From Macrostomum hystrix (Eukaryota > Animalia > Platyhelminthes), in NCBI GenBank assembly GCA_950097015.1, contig CATNEN010000001.1, positions 13,206,001-13,270,000 of the forward strand: a stretch of DNA of 64,000 bases, read 5' to 3'. Positions 24,332-38,800 of the stretch are shown here, piece after piece; position 1 is the stretch's first letter, and the number at the start of each line of letters is the position of its first letter. The notes under the pieces were generated by a model. That model was given only the letters and a program-made list of their open reading frames with translations, was not told where the DNA came from and did not search any database. The translations under genes were made by a program, and so were the position numbers.

Positions 24332-27300
24332 ATGGGATTGACGGTGTTGGCTGCTCTGCTGCTTGTTTGCACCACCGGTGAGTACTGCTGCTGCTGCTTT
24401 CGTCGGGGGGAAAATCTTTAGCCAGTACTGCCACTGCACAATGAGGCTACTGCAGTGTGGATCCCTGACCAGCTCAGAACAGGTAGTGAAGTAGCTGCTG
24501 CTGAAGCTCGTAGGTGCTTCACCAACCGGTTCTCTCGATGGCTTCCATCGATTAACGATAAAAATATAAATTGCAAGGAGGGCTGCGGGCAATGGCACAT
24601 CATTTGGTGACAGTAGACCCAGAGCCAGCGAGGAGGCAATTCTGCCCGTTTCGCTGACTCTTGAGTACACAAGCACACAGTTACCGTACGCAGGCACACA
24701 CTCCCACAGGATGTGTACATCTGTCAATTTCTTTCATTGTCAGGCAGTGAACACACTCACTGTGTCTTGGAGCTTGGAATGTGGTGAATGGTGCCCAGGA
24801 CCTTGGTACGAAGGGCATGCGTGTTAGACAGCATGCCTCTCAGCCCCCGGCTTCCATCTAAAGAGAGTTATTTTTAAGGGCTCGGAATTTTCTTGCTGCT
24901 GACAAATCTGCTATCCACGAGTTCCTATAAATTTTGGCAATGTCTCTCGCAGAAGCGCAGCTTATCGAGTTTCATATACGTATTCTTTCACCCCCGAAAT
25001 GTGATGCAGTGATGCAAGCTGCTACCGGAAGGCGATTCGAACTTCAGACCAGTGGCTTTATCGCACTGAATGACTCGGTGAGCAGCAGTCTGGTCAACAA
25101 GTCCGGATCCCACTCGGCTGCCGAGTGCCTGTACTGGTGCGAAAAGAGAGGCTGCGCTGCCGCACTGCTGAATGAGACCAGCCGCGTCTGCCAGATCGTA
25201 GTCATCCACGATGAGTCATCGGGTGCAGCGGGTCCGAACGGCAGTCACGTGACGAGGCAGCTGGGCTCGCCAACAACCGACGGAGCCGTGAGGCTGTGGA
25301 AGGCGGATGACTTCGAGCAGCAGCTTCGGTCGCGACTTTTCTGGCGAGTTTTTGAGAGTGAGTCAGCTGAAATCTGGTATAGAAAAATCCCAGAAGTCTT
25401 GTCGAAGACCCTGATGACACGGACAACTAACATTGTTCTGTGTGAACCTCTATAGCGAATCCCTACTAGTTAAACACATCAACACAATACAATATAGTGA
25501 GCATTAATAACCTACTACATACCGACTACGAAAGAAGACACGCTGAGAAGGACGGACCAGGAGAGATAAAGAAAGCAGAAACAGAACAGAAGGACCAAAA
25601 TAAAATTTTCATCTTACTTCAACTTAACTTAAATTGCTCTTTTTTAAAGCAATTTTTCAAAGTGCATTGCGGATTAGCTTCTCACACCTGGCTCGTTACA
25701 TGTGAGCAGCCAATCTCTCACACTGCCGCATCACTATTCGACTCACCAAACAGACAGCAGCTCCGGCCGGAACGGATCGGTTCAGCTCTTCTCCGTGCCG
25801 TTCGCTGCCTGCTTTCGCATCGAGGCCTTCGGAGCTGCTGGAGGCAACACGACAAACCCGAGCCGCGGCGACAGAGGCGCCGCATCAGCTGGGAGCTTCT
25901 GGCTCGCCGCTGACACCCGACTGGACATTGTGGTCGGACAGACTGGTGGCAACTCGAAATGCGAATTCGGCGCAGGAGGTGGCGGCGGCAGCTTCGTGTA
26001 CATCAACAACGGCACTGGCAGTCCTCGGCTGCTCCTGGCTGCTGGCGGAGGCGGAGGGGCATCTTGGAATCGTGGTAAGTGAACTGAAGCTCAGAAGAAA
26101 GTGCGCCATTCGAAAATATTTGTTTCTCTCTTAGCGGTCACTGAGAGCTTTAAGTTTATAGTTGTTAGTGATTGGAATGGTTTAGGCTGTTGAGTCAGGG
26201 CTCATAATGCAGCCTTTGTAGGCCCAGAGCTCAAGCATTCACTGAATGAGCCTCAGCGACTGGTGCAGTCCCTCCAGGTTCAGCCAGGGTCACAGATAAC
26301 AGAGCAGGATCAGCAGTTGCAGCGTCTGTGGCCAGGAGTTGCTGGGCAGGAAGGACCATAAGATGTCGAGGGCTCTGATTGGCAGGCGTCACATTCAATG
26401 GACTTGAACTTTCAAAGCTGCAGTGCAGCAGATTTAGACAGAAGCAACATGGAGAGCGAATCCTGGCTGACAAGCGGTTAATCTGTAAATTTAATTCTCT
26501 TCATTAGCCATCCAAAGCAGTTTGACGAAAAATTGCCAATCAAGAAAATAGGAACACGGATTTCATCGCATCAAAATCAGAGAAACTAAAAGCGATTCAA
26601 AACTGTGACTGTAATCATTTTATTCAATCTGCCACGAAACTAGAAATGAAAAGAGCTCTCTCAGGTGTTCCTTTGCTCGATCTCACCTGAACGGCCCAAA
26701 TTGGACCTGGCAAGCACTGAAGCAGCCAAAACTTGGCTTGGCTGTTTAAAACATTTTCATTGAACACAGACAAAGTACACTCTATTTCAGCTACTCAGTC
26801 CATCGTGAGTATTGAGTAGTATCAGCAGGGTTTTAGCAGACAGATTCGAGGCAGTTGGAGGACAGATCTGCGCATGCTCGAGGAACTCGGAGATCAGCAG
26901 ATAGGTGTGAAATTCAAGAGATAAAGAATTGAGCAGCTCATATTCGTACTAGCGTAGATTATTTTAGAACTACTGAAAGTGAAAATTGGCTTGTCCGCCA
27001 GTTTTACAGACTTTCAACCATAAATTAGAAAACTGGCAGCTCACCGAGCGGTGTGCCACCTGAGCTGATTGACAGAAACCATGGAAACCATGGTATGTCC
27101 GCTGAAATCCCAGATGGTGTGAGTGGCGACGGCGGCATCAACGGCACGGACAGCTGGCCGAAGAACTCCTGGACTGGCGCTGGAGGAGCTGCCGGTCAGC
27201 CGGGTCTGGTGGCGCCCAATCACCGCAACAACCACCCCCTCCACTCGTGCGGCGGTGCCGGCGCCGGCTGGCTCGGCTCGGCCCAGCCCAGCAACGAGTC

Positions 27301-27613
27301 CTTCGCTGATCCCGGAGGTCCCGGTCTGAGCCGCATCGACTGCTGGCTCGGCGGTGCTCGCAGCTCCTTCTGCCCCAATGGCGACGGCGGATTCGGTGGA
27401 GGCGGTGCTGGCGGCGGCTGCTGCGCTGGTGGTCGCATCGGTGCTAGCGGCGGAGGCGGCGGATTCAGTGGCGGAGGCGCCAGCTCATACCCATCCCACT
27501 CGGGAGGCGGCGGCGGCTCCTTTTGCAGCGGCTTCAGCTGCGCCACCGCCACCGGCGCCAACTCGGAGCTTCAGGGCCGCGTGCTGCTGAGCGTGTCTGT
27601 GGCCTGCGGCTGA
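24332..27613 (+). CDS. Secreted PAN/apple + ALK/LTK-like glycine-rich protein, copy 3 (exons 24332-24377, 25010-25357, 25754-26074, 27114-27613)
   Basis: Same splice sites and phases as copy 2; open spliced frame from signal peptide to stop. Confidence 0.85.
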
Positions 27614-27649
27614 CGCTCAGAGCGAGGGGAGCCGCCAATCTGTGCCTCA

Positions 27650-27750
27650 GGTGGCGACAGGTGGTGACAGGTGGTGACAGTTGATGACAGGTGGTGACAG
27701 GTGATGACAGGTGATGCCAGGTGGTGACAGTGATGACAGGAGTGACTGGA
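27650..27750 (+). repeat. 10-bp (GGTGACAGGT)n, short array
   Basis: Homologous to 1990-2660. Confidence 0.9.
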
Positions 27751-28073
27751 AGCAGTGACGCAGTGATGCCCAGAAACATTGACAATAAGACTGCAGGAGA
27801 TTGGATCAATTGAAATTATTAACCGGACTCAGTGTCAAATGGTTTTAGTTTTTGGATTGCAAGCGAAAAGCAGCGCAAGAATTCAGAACTTTCCCATGTC
27901 AAGTTGCTAATTTGTTTATTACTAATGCACTCGTCTGTGAATACCGCATATTTAACCAAAGGACGTTAAATAAACCAAATCACCGTCAAACAACATTCTA
28001 ATATAGCTGGCTCGAAACTGTTTTCATTAAAAAATACAGTTCATTCAACACAAATACTGTTTATTCACGACAG

Positions 28074-28442
28074 TGTGACGATAAATTGATGAAGACAGCA
28101 AGTCCGTAGCGGCGACAGTTAGGGTTCACTTTCAGAAACTGCAGAACAGGGCGATCGATAAATCTAGAAACTGGCCCCAGCCAATGAGCGTGTAAGTACA
28201 CTGGTCTGGGCAGATGACAATTAGACATTAGCAAAAACAAGCTGGGGCAGCGCGATGTGCACCAACGCCTACTAACAGGAACACTCTAAGAATTACAGCT
28301 TAACCATACGAAACTGAAAAATGGATGATAAGCCAAATGACATCAGTAAAACGGCCCTAGTTAGTACACACGTAAATTAGCTATGTAAATTAACACGTAA
28401 ATTAAATTCCTAGGGGCGCTTACAACAAATGACAACGTGACA
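28074..28442. mobile_element. Probable solo LTR (369 bp)
   Basis: Starts TGTGACG and ends CGTGACA (imperfect terminal inverted repeat), with ACAG duplicated on both sides (28070-28073 and 28443-28446). Confidence 0.7.
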
Positions 28443-28912
28443 ACAGATACTGTATATTCAATTCAATTACTCTTTATTCAACACAGACACTGTTTATTTA
28501 ACACAAATACTGTTTATTTAACTCAAATACTGTTTATTGAACACAAATACTGTTTATTTGACTTAAATTCTGTTTACGAGCTATTTAACACAAATACTGT
28601 TTGTTTAATACAATGCTGTTTATTTAACACAAATAAACCTGTTCATTTAACACAAATACTGTTTGTTTAACACAATGCTGTTTATTTAATACAAATTCTG
28701 TTTATTCAAGGCAAATACTGTTTATTTAACACAAATACTGTTTATTTAATACAATGCTGTTTATTTAACACAAATAAACCTGTTCATTTAACACAAATAC
28801 TGTTTGTTTAACACAATGCTGTTTATTTAATACAAATACTGTTTATTCAAGGCAAATACTGTTTATTTAACTCAAATACTGTTTATTCAAGGCAAATACT
28901 GTTTATTTAACT

Positions 28913-30153
28913 CAACAACAACAACAACAAAGGACGACAACCCAAGGCCGAAGCCAGAGGGGCTGCCGTCAAAAGGCACGCGCAAGAGCAGAGTGGCGCA
29001 GAATTGTCAGTCCACGAGGGTCAGAGATCTCAGCGTCAGTCAATAGCAGTTCAGGATAGCGTAGCGCCCTCGCCTGACCACGCCGCCGGGGCCCCTGCAG
29101 GGAAAGCAGCAGCACGTCCTGCAGTGGCTCGGGGCAGCGCTGCTCCGCACGGATGACGTGGCCAGCCAGCTGCAGGCGCCGGATGCGCAGCAGCTGACTT
29201 GGCCGGCAGAGCTGGGCCCGGCGATAGAGCTCATCGTTGCTGGTGTTGGTGACGGCAGTCGGCGAATAGTGGACGCCGAAGGCGGCTCGCAGGAGTCCGG
29301 CGTGGGCGGCATCGAGTTGCTTCTCCTGTGTGCCGTTCAGAGTCCACGTTTGAGCGTTGTAGAGAAAGACGGTCTCTATGACGGCTTGAAACAACCGCCC
29401 TCTCAGCCGATCCGGCAGCGTGGGGCACTGCAGGACAGTCCGCAGGGTGCGAAAGGCTGCCCAGGCAAGCGCCCTGCGTCGCGCCATGTTGTCCAGGATG
29501 TCGGGCACTTGACCGCCGAGATAGATGAAGGTCTCGCAGCGCGGCAGCAATGCCGCTTGCCCATTTACGTTGTGGCAGAAGATCTCGCCGTTGAGGTCAT
29601 TTGGGACGGTCAGCACCATTGTTTTCTTGGTGTTCACGGACAGCCCGACCATTGCCGCCGCCGCAGTCAGCTTGTCCAGCAGATGCTGAGCACCTTCGAT
29701 TGAGCTGGACAGCAGCGCCAGGTCGTCCGCGTACGCCAGGACAGAGAGTCGTCTTTCGGGGTGTCGGCTGCTTGTCCTGCGACAGAGCAGAAAGCCGTTG
29801 GCGTCGTCAGGGAGGCCAGTGCGCAGCACCCAGTCCAGGACCAGGACGAACAGAAAGGGGGCGAGTGTGTCGCCCTGCAGCACACCGGAGGTCGTGTCGA
29901 AGAAATCGGATAGGCCGTCCGGCGTCACAACTGCCGCCCTGGTCTCCTGGTACAGGGCCATCACAGCCGTTACCAGCTGCTCAGGCACATGGTACGCGCG
30001 CAGGATCTTCGGGATGACCCGTCTCGACACCGAGTCGAAGGCCTTTAGAAAATCCACGAAGATGCAGATGACCGCCGACTGGTGGATACGGGTCTCTTCT
30101 AAAATGCGGCGCAAAGCGAGAATCTGATTCACCGTGCCCCTACCTGGCCGGAA
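28913..30153 (-). mobile_element. 5'-truncated non-LTR retrotransposon (RTE-like LINE), RT and C-terminal region open
   Basis: FRPGRGT, FVDFLKAFDSV, GVLQGDTLAPFLF, LAYADDLALL, GLSVNTKKT and FIYLG motifs. Very short 3' UTR, (GTT)n tail and apparent TSD TAACTCAA. Confidence 0.93.
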
Positions 30154-30919
30154 TAACTCAAATACTGTTTATTCAAGGCAAATACTGTTTATTTAACTCA
30201 AATACTGCTTGTTTAACACAATGCTGTTTATTCAACACAAATACTGTTTATTCAACACAAATACTGTTTATTCAAGGAAATACTGTTTATGCGCCACAGA
30301 TACTGCATTGCATATCAACTACAATAAGAGCGTGAATTTCTTTCCATTTCTTTTTTCTTATAACCTCATCGAAGCGCTGTCGAGTTGCATCCAGGCGCAG
30401 ACCGCGCATCTTTCGGATCCTTTGAGCTGCCATCCAGGACAGAAATGCGCACCTGAGCTTTTCTTCGAATCTCGGAGCTTCTCTTATTTGTTATATTGAT
30501 ATAATAACGTCTACAGTGTTTCAAAAACGCATCACTTTAAGCGGTCGGTCTGGCTCCACTTTTGTCAGTTCTAATTGTATTACTCAATAAAAACATTAAA
30601 ATATTAGGATGTGGCTTCTGAGTTGTCAAAACAGATCATGCCGACTTCATGTTCGTCTGAGCAAGTGGGTGGTTTGACAATTTAGAAAGTACTTCACTAT
30701 TGCCATTGCTATGAAATGCATCTTGCGCAATTAAATTTGGGGATTTGAGGCCAGAATAGTTGTTGGTCAGTGGCTTTTGTAATATTTTTCACCAACACGA
30801 TCTGTTCAATCGAAAGTCTTGTAGAATTTTTTTCAATGCGAATTTGGCAAGCTGCTTTCGGTCCTTTTAAACTGACTCAATCGGTTCTGAAAATCAAGAC
30901 AGTACGCCTTTGAAAAAAT

Positions 30920-32107
30920 ATGCTTGTCTATCTGTGCTCGTTACTGTTTATTTGTGCTCGTTACTGTTTATTTATGCTTGTTACTGTTTATTTATGCTCG
31001 TTACTGTTTATTTATGCTCGTTACTGTTTATTTTTGCTCGTTACTGTTTATTTATGCTCGTTGCTGTTTATTTGTGCTCGTTACTGTTTATTTATGCTCG
31101 TTACTGTTTATTTATGCTCGTTACTGTTTATTTGTGCTCGTTACTGTTTATGTGTGCTCGTTACTGTTTATTTGTGCTCGTTGCTGTTTATGTGTTCTCG
31201 TTACTGTTTATGTGTGCTCGTTACTGTTTATTTAAGCTCGTTACTGTTTATTTATGCTCGTTACTGTTTATTTATGCTCGTTACTGTTTATTTATGCTCG
31301 TTACTGTTTATTTATGCTCGTTACTGTTTATTTGTGCTCGTTACTGTTTATGTATGCTCGTTACTGTTTATTTATGCTCATTACTGTTTATTTATGCTCG
31401 TTACTGTTCATGTGTGCTCGTTACTGTTCATTTATGCTCGTTACTGTTTATTTATGCTCGTTACTGTTTATTTATGCTCGTTACTGTTTATTTGTGCTCG
31501 TTACTGTTTATGTGTGCTCGTTACTGTTTATTTGTCTTAGTTACTATTTCTTTTTGCTCGTTACTGTTTATGTATGCTCGTTACTGTTTATTTATGCTCG
31601 TTACTGTTTATTTATGCTCGTTACTGTTTATTTATGCTCGTTACTGTTTATTTGTGCTCGTTACTGTTTATTTGTGCTCGTTACTGTTTATGTATGCTCG
31701 GTACTGTTTATGTATGCTCGGTACTGTTTATTTGTGCTCGTTCCAGTTTTTTATGTTCGTTACTGTTTATTTAAGCTCTTTACTGTTTATTTATGCTCGT
31801 TACTGTTTATTTGTGTTAGTTACTATTTCTTTTTGCTCGTTACTGTTTATCTGTGCTCGTTACTGTTTATTTGTGCTCGTTACTGTTTATTTGTGCTCGT
31901 TACTGTTTATTTATGCTCGGTACTGTTTATTTATGCTCGGTACTGTTTATTTATGCTCGGTACTGTTTTTTGTGCTCGTTACTGTTTATTTGTGCTCGTT
32001 ACTGTTTATTTATGCTCGGTACTGTTTATTTATGCTCGGTACTGTTTTTTTGTGCTCGTTACTGTTTATTTGTGCTCGTTACTGTTTATTTGTGCTCGTT
32101 ACTGTTG
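30920..32107 (+). repeat. 20-bp satellite (TTACTGTTTATTT[A/G]TGCTCG)n, ~59 units
   Basis: Directly visible; shares the TACTGTTTATT core with arrays 1-3. Confidence 0.97.
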
Positions 32108-32893
32108 CTTTTTAAAACTTTTTTGGCTGCTCTATTAAAAAAAGTCAAACTGTTTCTTATCATTTTTTCTTGATTGTTGTTCAATTTGGGATTCAATTAC
32201 TTGGTGAAAATGTTTCCAATGTTTACCTCGAAAGCAGGAACGTTGTTCCTATTCGGTTTTTGTAGAATAGGTTGATATGCCAGCTCGTTTTTATTATAAT
32301 TTCGACGGGATCAAAGCACGGGATGCGATTTGGCAAGTAATTTACTGGTGCTACACAATTGAAGCTCGAAAAAATAGCTTTGAGTTCGGTTCTGTGATTT
32401 ATCAATTCTGGATTAAGAATTGTCATTAAAACTAGTAAGAAAAGTACAACTGTAAAACAATATTAAAATTTACCCGCGTTGTCTACTGGTACGAGTGATA
32501 ATATAAATATACCTGTCTAACTACTAACTAGTCTAAAGGCACACAACCTGGTGATTCCTAAACTAAGTTAAGGCGCTTGTTTCAGCGAGTGCAAATAAGT
32601 AGGAAGCGATTCCAGGATTCTGAGGAGCTCATGTTGCAATTCTGTTGAACTCATGAGTACCAAGTGATCATGAGTTCGAATCCGCGGCTGGACCACCTTT
32701 ATTTGGCTTGACTACGTTCAAACTTTTGCCTATCTAACCAACCGTGTTGTGTGCTTGAATCCTGGATTCATAAAAGTTTTTTTACATCGTTGATCATAAC
32801 TAAAGCAAAAAATCAGAGTTTTCATTCGGCTTTCATTATTTAAAAAAATCACGATGGCAAAGCCTGTTAGTCGCCAGGTATTCGCTACCATTA

Positions 32894-35800
32894 TTAACTG
32901 ATACTCAGAAGCAGGTGCAGCAGACAGCAGATCGCTGTCAGGCCTCCGACAGACCGCACTGCATCGGAGCCATTGACATCCGGCTTTATCACCTCCGGCT
33001 TCTTCGACGGTGAAACTGACGAAGTCTCAAGTGTCCAGACAATCGACTCATTGCCTGGAGCGGAGACCACCGCTGATGGATCGAAGAAGGCCTGATCCGA
33101 CGCTCCAGTCACCGAGCAGTTCAGTGAGCAGATGATAATTTCGTACTCAACAGATGAGCTGCTCCTGCCGAAGTCAAAGAGATGCAGCGAGTTGAATACT
33201 GCATTAACCTTCCTGTGCCGCTGTGTCCAGGCATTTTCAGTCGGAATGGCCACTCCGACCAAGTCCTGTCTGACAGCGCTGAGAACGGTTCCGTGTGGCA
33301 GCTTGAGACTTCCAGCACTGTCGATCAGCTGATAGTAGTTCCAGCCATCTGCTTCAGCACTGCATGTGGCTCTAACTCGCACAGCCAATCCAGTGGAATT
33401 GATGGCTGACTTTGACAGCAACTGTAGCTCTCCTTTGTACACTGGTCTAGCCGATAAGTCCTTGCTGCTGAACACAACCTCTGGGATATTGTTGATATCG
33501 AGCAAATCATTCACAAGGAAGTCCAGGATCTTGTCCTCGTCAGCAGCAGAATAGAGCCTGACCCTCTTGATGAGTTCGTGGACTTTGAGTTCGTCCAAAC
33601 GGGAAAGCTTCTCATCTCCGAGAGGATTCTTGTTGACAAAGGTGGCTGAGTAGCTGACAAAGTTTCCCTGGAGACTGGCGAGCATCCACCAGTCAACAAC
33701 TTTGGTCTCGCTTGGTGCAAAATCTCCCATGGAAACCTGCAGACTGGGCTGCCTGGGATTCGAGGCCAAGGAGGATGCGACGATCCTGAACGAGATGAGC
33801 AAGCCCTTCTCATTGTCAACAATTTCGGGCTGGGCGGAGGCGATGCGCATGTTGAATGCGGATCCGAAACCTTCGTTCTTCACTGCGACGGCGACACAAA
33901 ATGGAATCGAGGGCTCGAGCTCAGGTGTGAACGGATCGTCTGCCTGCACAGTTTTCTCCCAGAAATAGTGCACATTGAGTCTGGGGTCCGGCTTCACTGT
34001 GATCCGAGCAGGTGCTAGCGAGATGTTGAGGCTGGTGTTTCCGACGCTGTAGATCAGCCTGCCACCCACATCGAACAGCGTGTCCGCATTGGGAGCCGCT
34101 TCCGAATACGGCACAAGGAGCCACTCAGCTGAGCCAGATGCTGAGCTTGCCAGTGACATCCTGGAGCTCGCCATCAGCTTTAGCTCTCCGGTTGGCTTTG
34201 GGAGGCTGATGGAAAACTTCTCGTTAGACTCTTTATTACTCTGTACCTCAGTGATCCTAAGCTGAACGAACAGGTCCTTGATTTCTGCCGAGTCCTGATT
34301 GGAGATCTGCAGGCTGGCCTGAAAGGCGTCTCTTGTCATGGCGATGTCCTGGTTCAGTTGAATCTTCACCACCGCGCAGACACCCGCTGAATCATCATCG
34401 CTCCAGCTTTTGAGCTTGTTGGCCTCCGTGCTATAGTAGTTGTATGCGTGCAGAAACGATTCGAATCCCTTGGCAACCGCCTTTGAGTTGAACAGCTCGA
34501 TGTCCTTCCAGATCTCGGAGACCAGCTTGAAGGACGCCATATTTGCTCCGGCTGCGGGTTCGAGAACCCCTGCGCTCCAGTTGCCGACTGTATTGTTCAG
34601 CCTCTCCAGTGCGCGTCTCAGGATCCCAGCTTCAGCCTCGGATGCGTTCAAGCCGCTCACAATGGTCCTCAGCTCGCTCCCGCTGATGAACATACCGGAC
34701 TCGCTGCTAGGTGACATCGCCGGCTTCAGCGCCTCGTGCCAGGAGGAGTTCGACAATAACAGAACATCCCGGCCGCCGAGCACTTCTTGGAGGAAATCGA
34801 CACTTCTGAAAACTGGGACCATGGATTCCACCAGGTTGCGAGCGAGCGCATTGTTTACGCTCCGCTTTCCTCGACCAAAAGTAGAACTCAAGCCAGAAAG
34901 GCACTTGCCCACGGTTTCATACCAGCAGTTGTCAGCACTTAGAATGTCTGACATGCGTAGAACTGCTTCAGCTATTTTTCCAACTATAGAAATAATTTTT
35001 CCAAAGAGTGGGCAAAGGTCTGAGCAAAGGCAAAGAATTGGCTTTATAACGGCGAAAAATTTTTCCAATAAACTTGCTGTATCTGATAATGCCGTGCGGA
35101 AAGCTGAAGGGATGTCTAAAAGACAGCCTATGACTGGAAGGCTTCCTAAAAAATTCTCAAACGCACACATAGATAGAGTAGCAAGGCAAGGATCGCAAGA
35201 TAGGATGGCCGGCGCTGTGGCGCTGGAAAATGAAACGCCTCCATTTGAAGCACCTCCTGCAGATGTTTCCTCCGAGTGCACGATCACTACGACATTGCTT
35301 GGGCTAGTCATTTGGGACGGGCACGACTGCAAGCTAAACAAGGCGGTGTAGCTGGACTTCCACTGTCTGTCTTCTCCGCACCGGAAGTTCCAGAAAACGC
35401 CCACAGTCCATGTTGTGCAGCCTGTTGCCCGCCTTGCTCGGGTCTTACTCGACACTCGCACTGGCACGATGATGCTTCGGAGTGCCTCGATGGAGCCCAA
35501 CTCTGAGCTGTCGACTTCAAAGTTCAGAGTCGGATGGTTGCTTGGAAGTTTCAGCTGAGCACCGTCTGTCCTGATGAGTCCATGGTTCGTGATGTTAAAA
35601 ACCATCGTGTTTAGCGATCCAGCTTCGTAAGGGGTCAGATCGATGCTGCTGGGATCAATGGTCACGACCGGCATGGGGACTCGGGTTTCAAAGTCTGCCG
35701 TCAGCTGGATCTCATATCTGTCATCGAAACTGACCTTTTTCACTTCCCACGAATATCGAACAGCGGATCTCTGCAGGAACACTGTTAATTGATTCTCTAT

Positions 35801-38800
35801 GCTTGAGACCATGATAACTTGCTTGTAACGATTGTGCTTCTCAGCAGTCACTTCCAGATCATAAAGACCTTCCGAGATGTTTGCGAACGCAGCAATGCCA
35901 TTCAGGAGACTGGTGTTTGAAGTGGTCTGGAAATTTGAATCACTCGCTGAAAGTTTCACGATGGCATTTGAAACCATGGGTTTTGTGTCAGCAAAGAAGG
36001 TGTACTCGTCAACCACCTTGACGTAGAAGTCCAAGCGCAGGTCTGAGCTCACGTCGATCACAACACTAATCGGTGCCGAATTTGTTTCACAGACAATCAG
36101 AACATTGTGAGTTGCCGTGCCTATCGCTTGGCTGCGTGGTACATTCGACGCCAGTGTGAGTGTCGCGGAGCTCAATGGCTCCAAGCCAAAGCTCTGATTG
36201 ACACTGTTTGACACTCCGATTCCAACAACGGATAGAAAGCCATCAGGCGGCAACTGGATCCGAATCAAAGTGGCCGGTCTGTTGCCTTGGTTGGTGATGT
36301 TGAACTCGAGTGTTTTGTGCGAGCCACGCAGCTGACGGAGGCGCACAGTTTGCGGGTTGGAGACCAGCTGTGCCACGGCCTGTCGCACCGTAAGGCGGCA
36401 AGGAACAGTCAACTCGGTGGCGTTTCTGGAGCTCAGCCTGATGATGAACGTCACGATGAGGGGCCGCCTGATTTTTACAGTCATATCCAAGGAAAAACTT
36501 TCATTCACCTGCAAACTTGTTGAAATGATTCCATTGCTTCTAAGAACTAGACCTACTTCCATTCCATAGGTGACCAACTGCTCATTCTGCATGACTTGAG
36601 CCCGCATGTCTTCCAGTAGACTTGGACCGTCATTCACTATGACAGCCACGCTGCTGAAGCTTTTTATGAGATTGTGTCCAACTTCACCTTCAACAGAAAT
36701 AGAACTCGGGACTGCTCTCATTCCAAGAACATCCCACCTGGTCTGTGCACTTGCTAGTGAAATCTCAGCGGGATGTTGTGCGGCTGCAGTGTAGCTGCCG
36801 TATTCAGTGCTCGAGGCACTGTACTTGACAGCAAACGAGCCATTGGATGATGTGTTTGTAACTAAAGTTATAGCGACACCAGCCCTGTTGATTGTGACTT
36901 TCACTGGCACAACTGAGTTGTGAAGCTGCTTGATGTAGCTGCCAGGTTCAAACTGCACAAATCCTGTGAGTAGCACCGGTGTCTGGACAAGGTGCAGGGC
37001 TGGAATTGCAGGGTTCAAGAAAACCTTGTAAGTGGTCCGAACCACCAGAGTCCATGATGCTTGATTCACCCCGATATTGTTCCTGACTTGAACAATAATC
37101 CTATGTACACCTGGCTTCGAGGTCGCCCAGAAGACAAACCCAGTGAAAATGTTCACCGAGAGACCAGCCGGACCTTCAACAAGAGACCAGGTCAGCGGCT
37201 TGTCACCCTGTAGCACTGTCAGGTTTCTATTATAATATTTGCCTTCCTCGGTGCTGTCGTTGGCGGGAATCGAGTCAATGACGGGAACGAACACTCGAAT
37301 CTCGCAGTCCGCACCTGTCCAGTTGGTGTTGCATACGCAAGAGCTGAACAAGCAAGCTCCGCGAGGGGGACTCAACTTCTGTCCACAGGAGCTCTGACTG
37401 CAGCTGCAGCTGATGTTTGTGTTGCATGTGTCCTGTTGAGTATTATTTGTAATGAAGGTCCACGCGTTGGAGCTTTCAACAGCCGGTGTGCTCGCGTTGC
37501 AGCCTGAAAGTCCGATGAACGCCCCTCTCTCCATCACAACGTAAAAGACTGTCTTTTCTGTGAAATTGAATTTCACTTTCAGGTCGAAGGCATCGGAGCC
37601 GCTTGCGTCGAGAGCGATTTCAGCGGAGACTGAGGTGTCAACTGAGTGCACAGTCTGGCGCGTAGCACTATGAATGAATTTGATAAAAGCTTGCCATTTT
37701 GGTCTAACAACCCTCTCTGAAAACCTCAGCCGCCACCTGGGATCGATTGGAACAACTCCAGCACTGTTTGGAAGCACATCAATCAGCGTCGGAGGAGTGG
37801 AGCCCATCATAAAGCTAGCGCATCTCTGGCTGCTGATCAGACCACCGCTATCCACCGCCTTGAAGCAGAGTTGATGCGTCTGCATGTACTGATCTCTAGT
37901 TGGCTGCCACGCCAGATCTGCTGAGTACTGGTTGTATCCGATTCTGCTGTTAGGGAAGCTCACCTGCATACCCCTAGGTGACACAATCTCAAAGCTCAAG
38001 GATGTGTATGGCTTTACAGTGGATGCCACGATTCTGCCAGCGATGCTGGTGTTCATATTGGTACTTGGGTAGGCCAAGCACTCACCATCGTGATAGCTGG
38101 GGTACATAAAACTAGGCCTGACAAGACATGGCCTGCTTGACTCAAAAACCTGAATTAGTGACTGAAGCGCGACTGAGCTGTACGGCTCTGTTGAGTTGGG
38201 ACCGAAGTCCTCTAGAATCAAAGCCAAGATGTAATAGCCTGCTGAACTCGGCGAAGAGTACTCAATAGTGCACGTTGTCTCATTGAGTCGAGCCGAAGGA
38301 AGTTTGTCGCAGATTCCCCCACACTCGTCAAAAGTTTTCGGCCATCTGCAGCGCACCTTGTCTCCGTCTGGGTCTGAGGTGGGTATTGTGAATCTGTAGT
38401 TGCAGTTGTTCTGCAGTTTGATCACGGGTTGGACTTGCGTCCTCGGTGTTGAGTTTATTCGACCGGTATCGCTTCGTAACGAAATGTTTAATGACACTAT
38501 TAGTTGAGTATACACGTTTTGATAGGGCGTGACCCAACGCCTGTGCTGATATGACAGTACAACCCTAGTCACGCCAATCGGAGCCGATGTATTGGTGTCG
38601 ATAAATCTGGTGTCAGTACTTTCAGCTAGCGACCAATTCTCTTCGACATTGAAAGCGATGCAGCGACCGCTGGAATTAAATTGTTTTTACAATGATTAAA
38701 ATGTCAGCTGAAGAATAATTTAATATTTCTAACGTCACCCTCATCAATTTTAACAATTATCAATTCTCTCGGCATCAGCGTGCGGACTTGCCTTTGATAT

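Larger units (their letters stand above)
28030..30300 (+). repeat. Degenerate 20-bp satellite array 3, interrupted by a solo LTR and a LINE
   Basis: AAATACTGTTTATT(C/T)AAC units at 28030-28070, 28443-28915 and 30154-30300. Confidence 0.9.
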
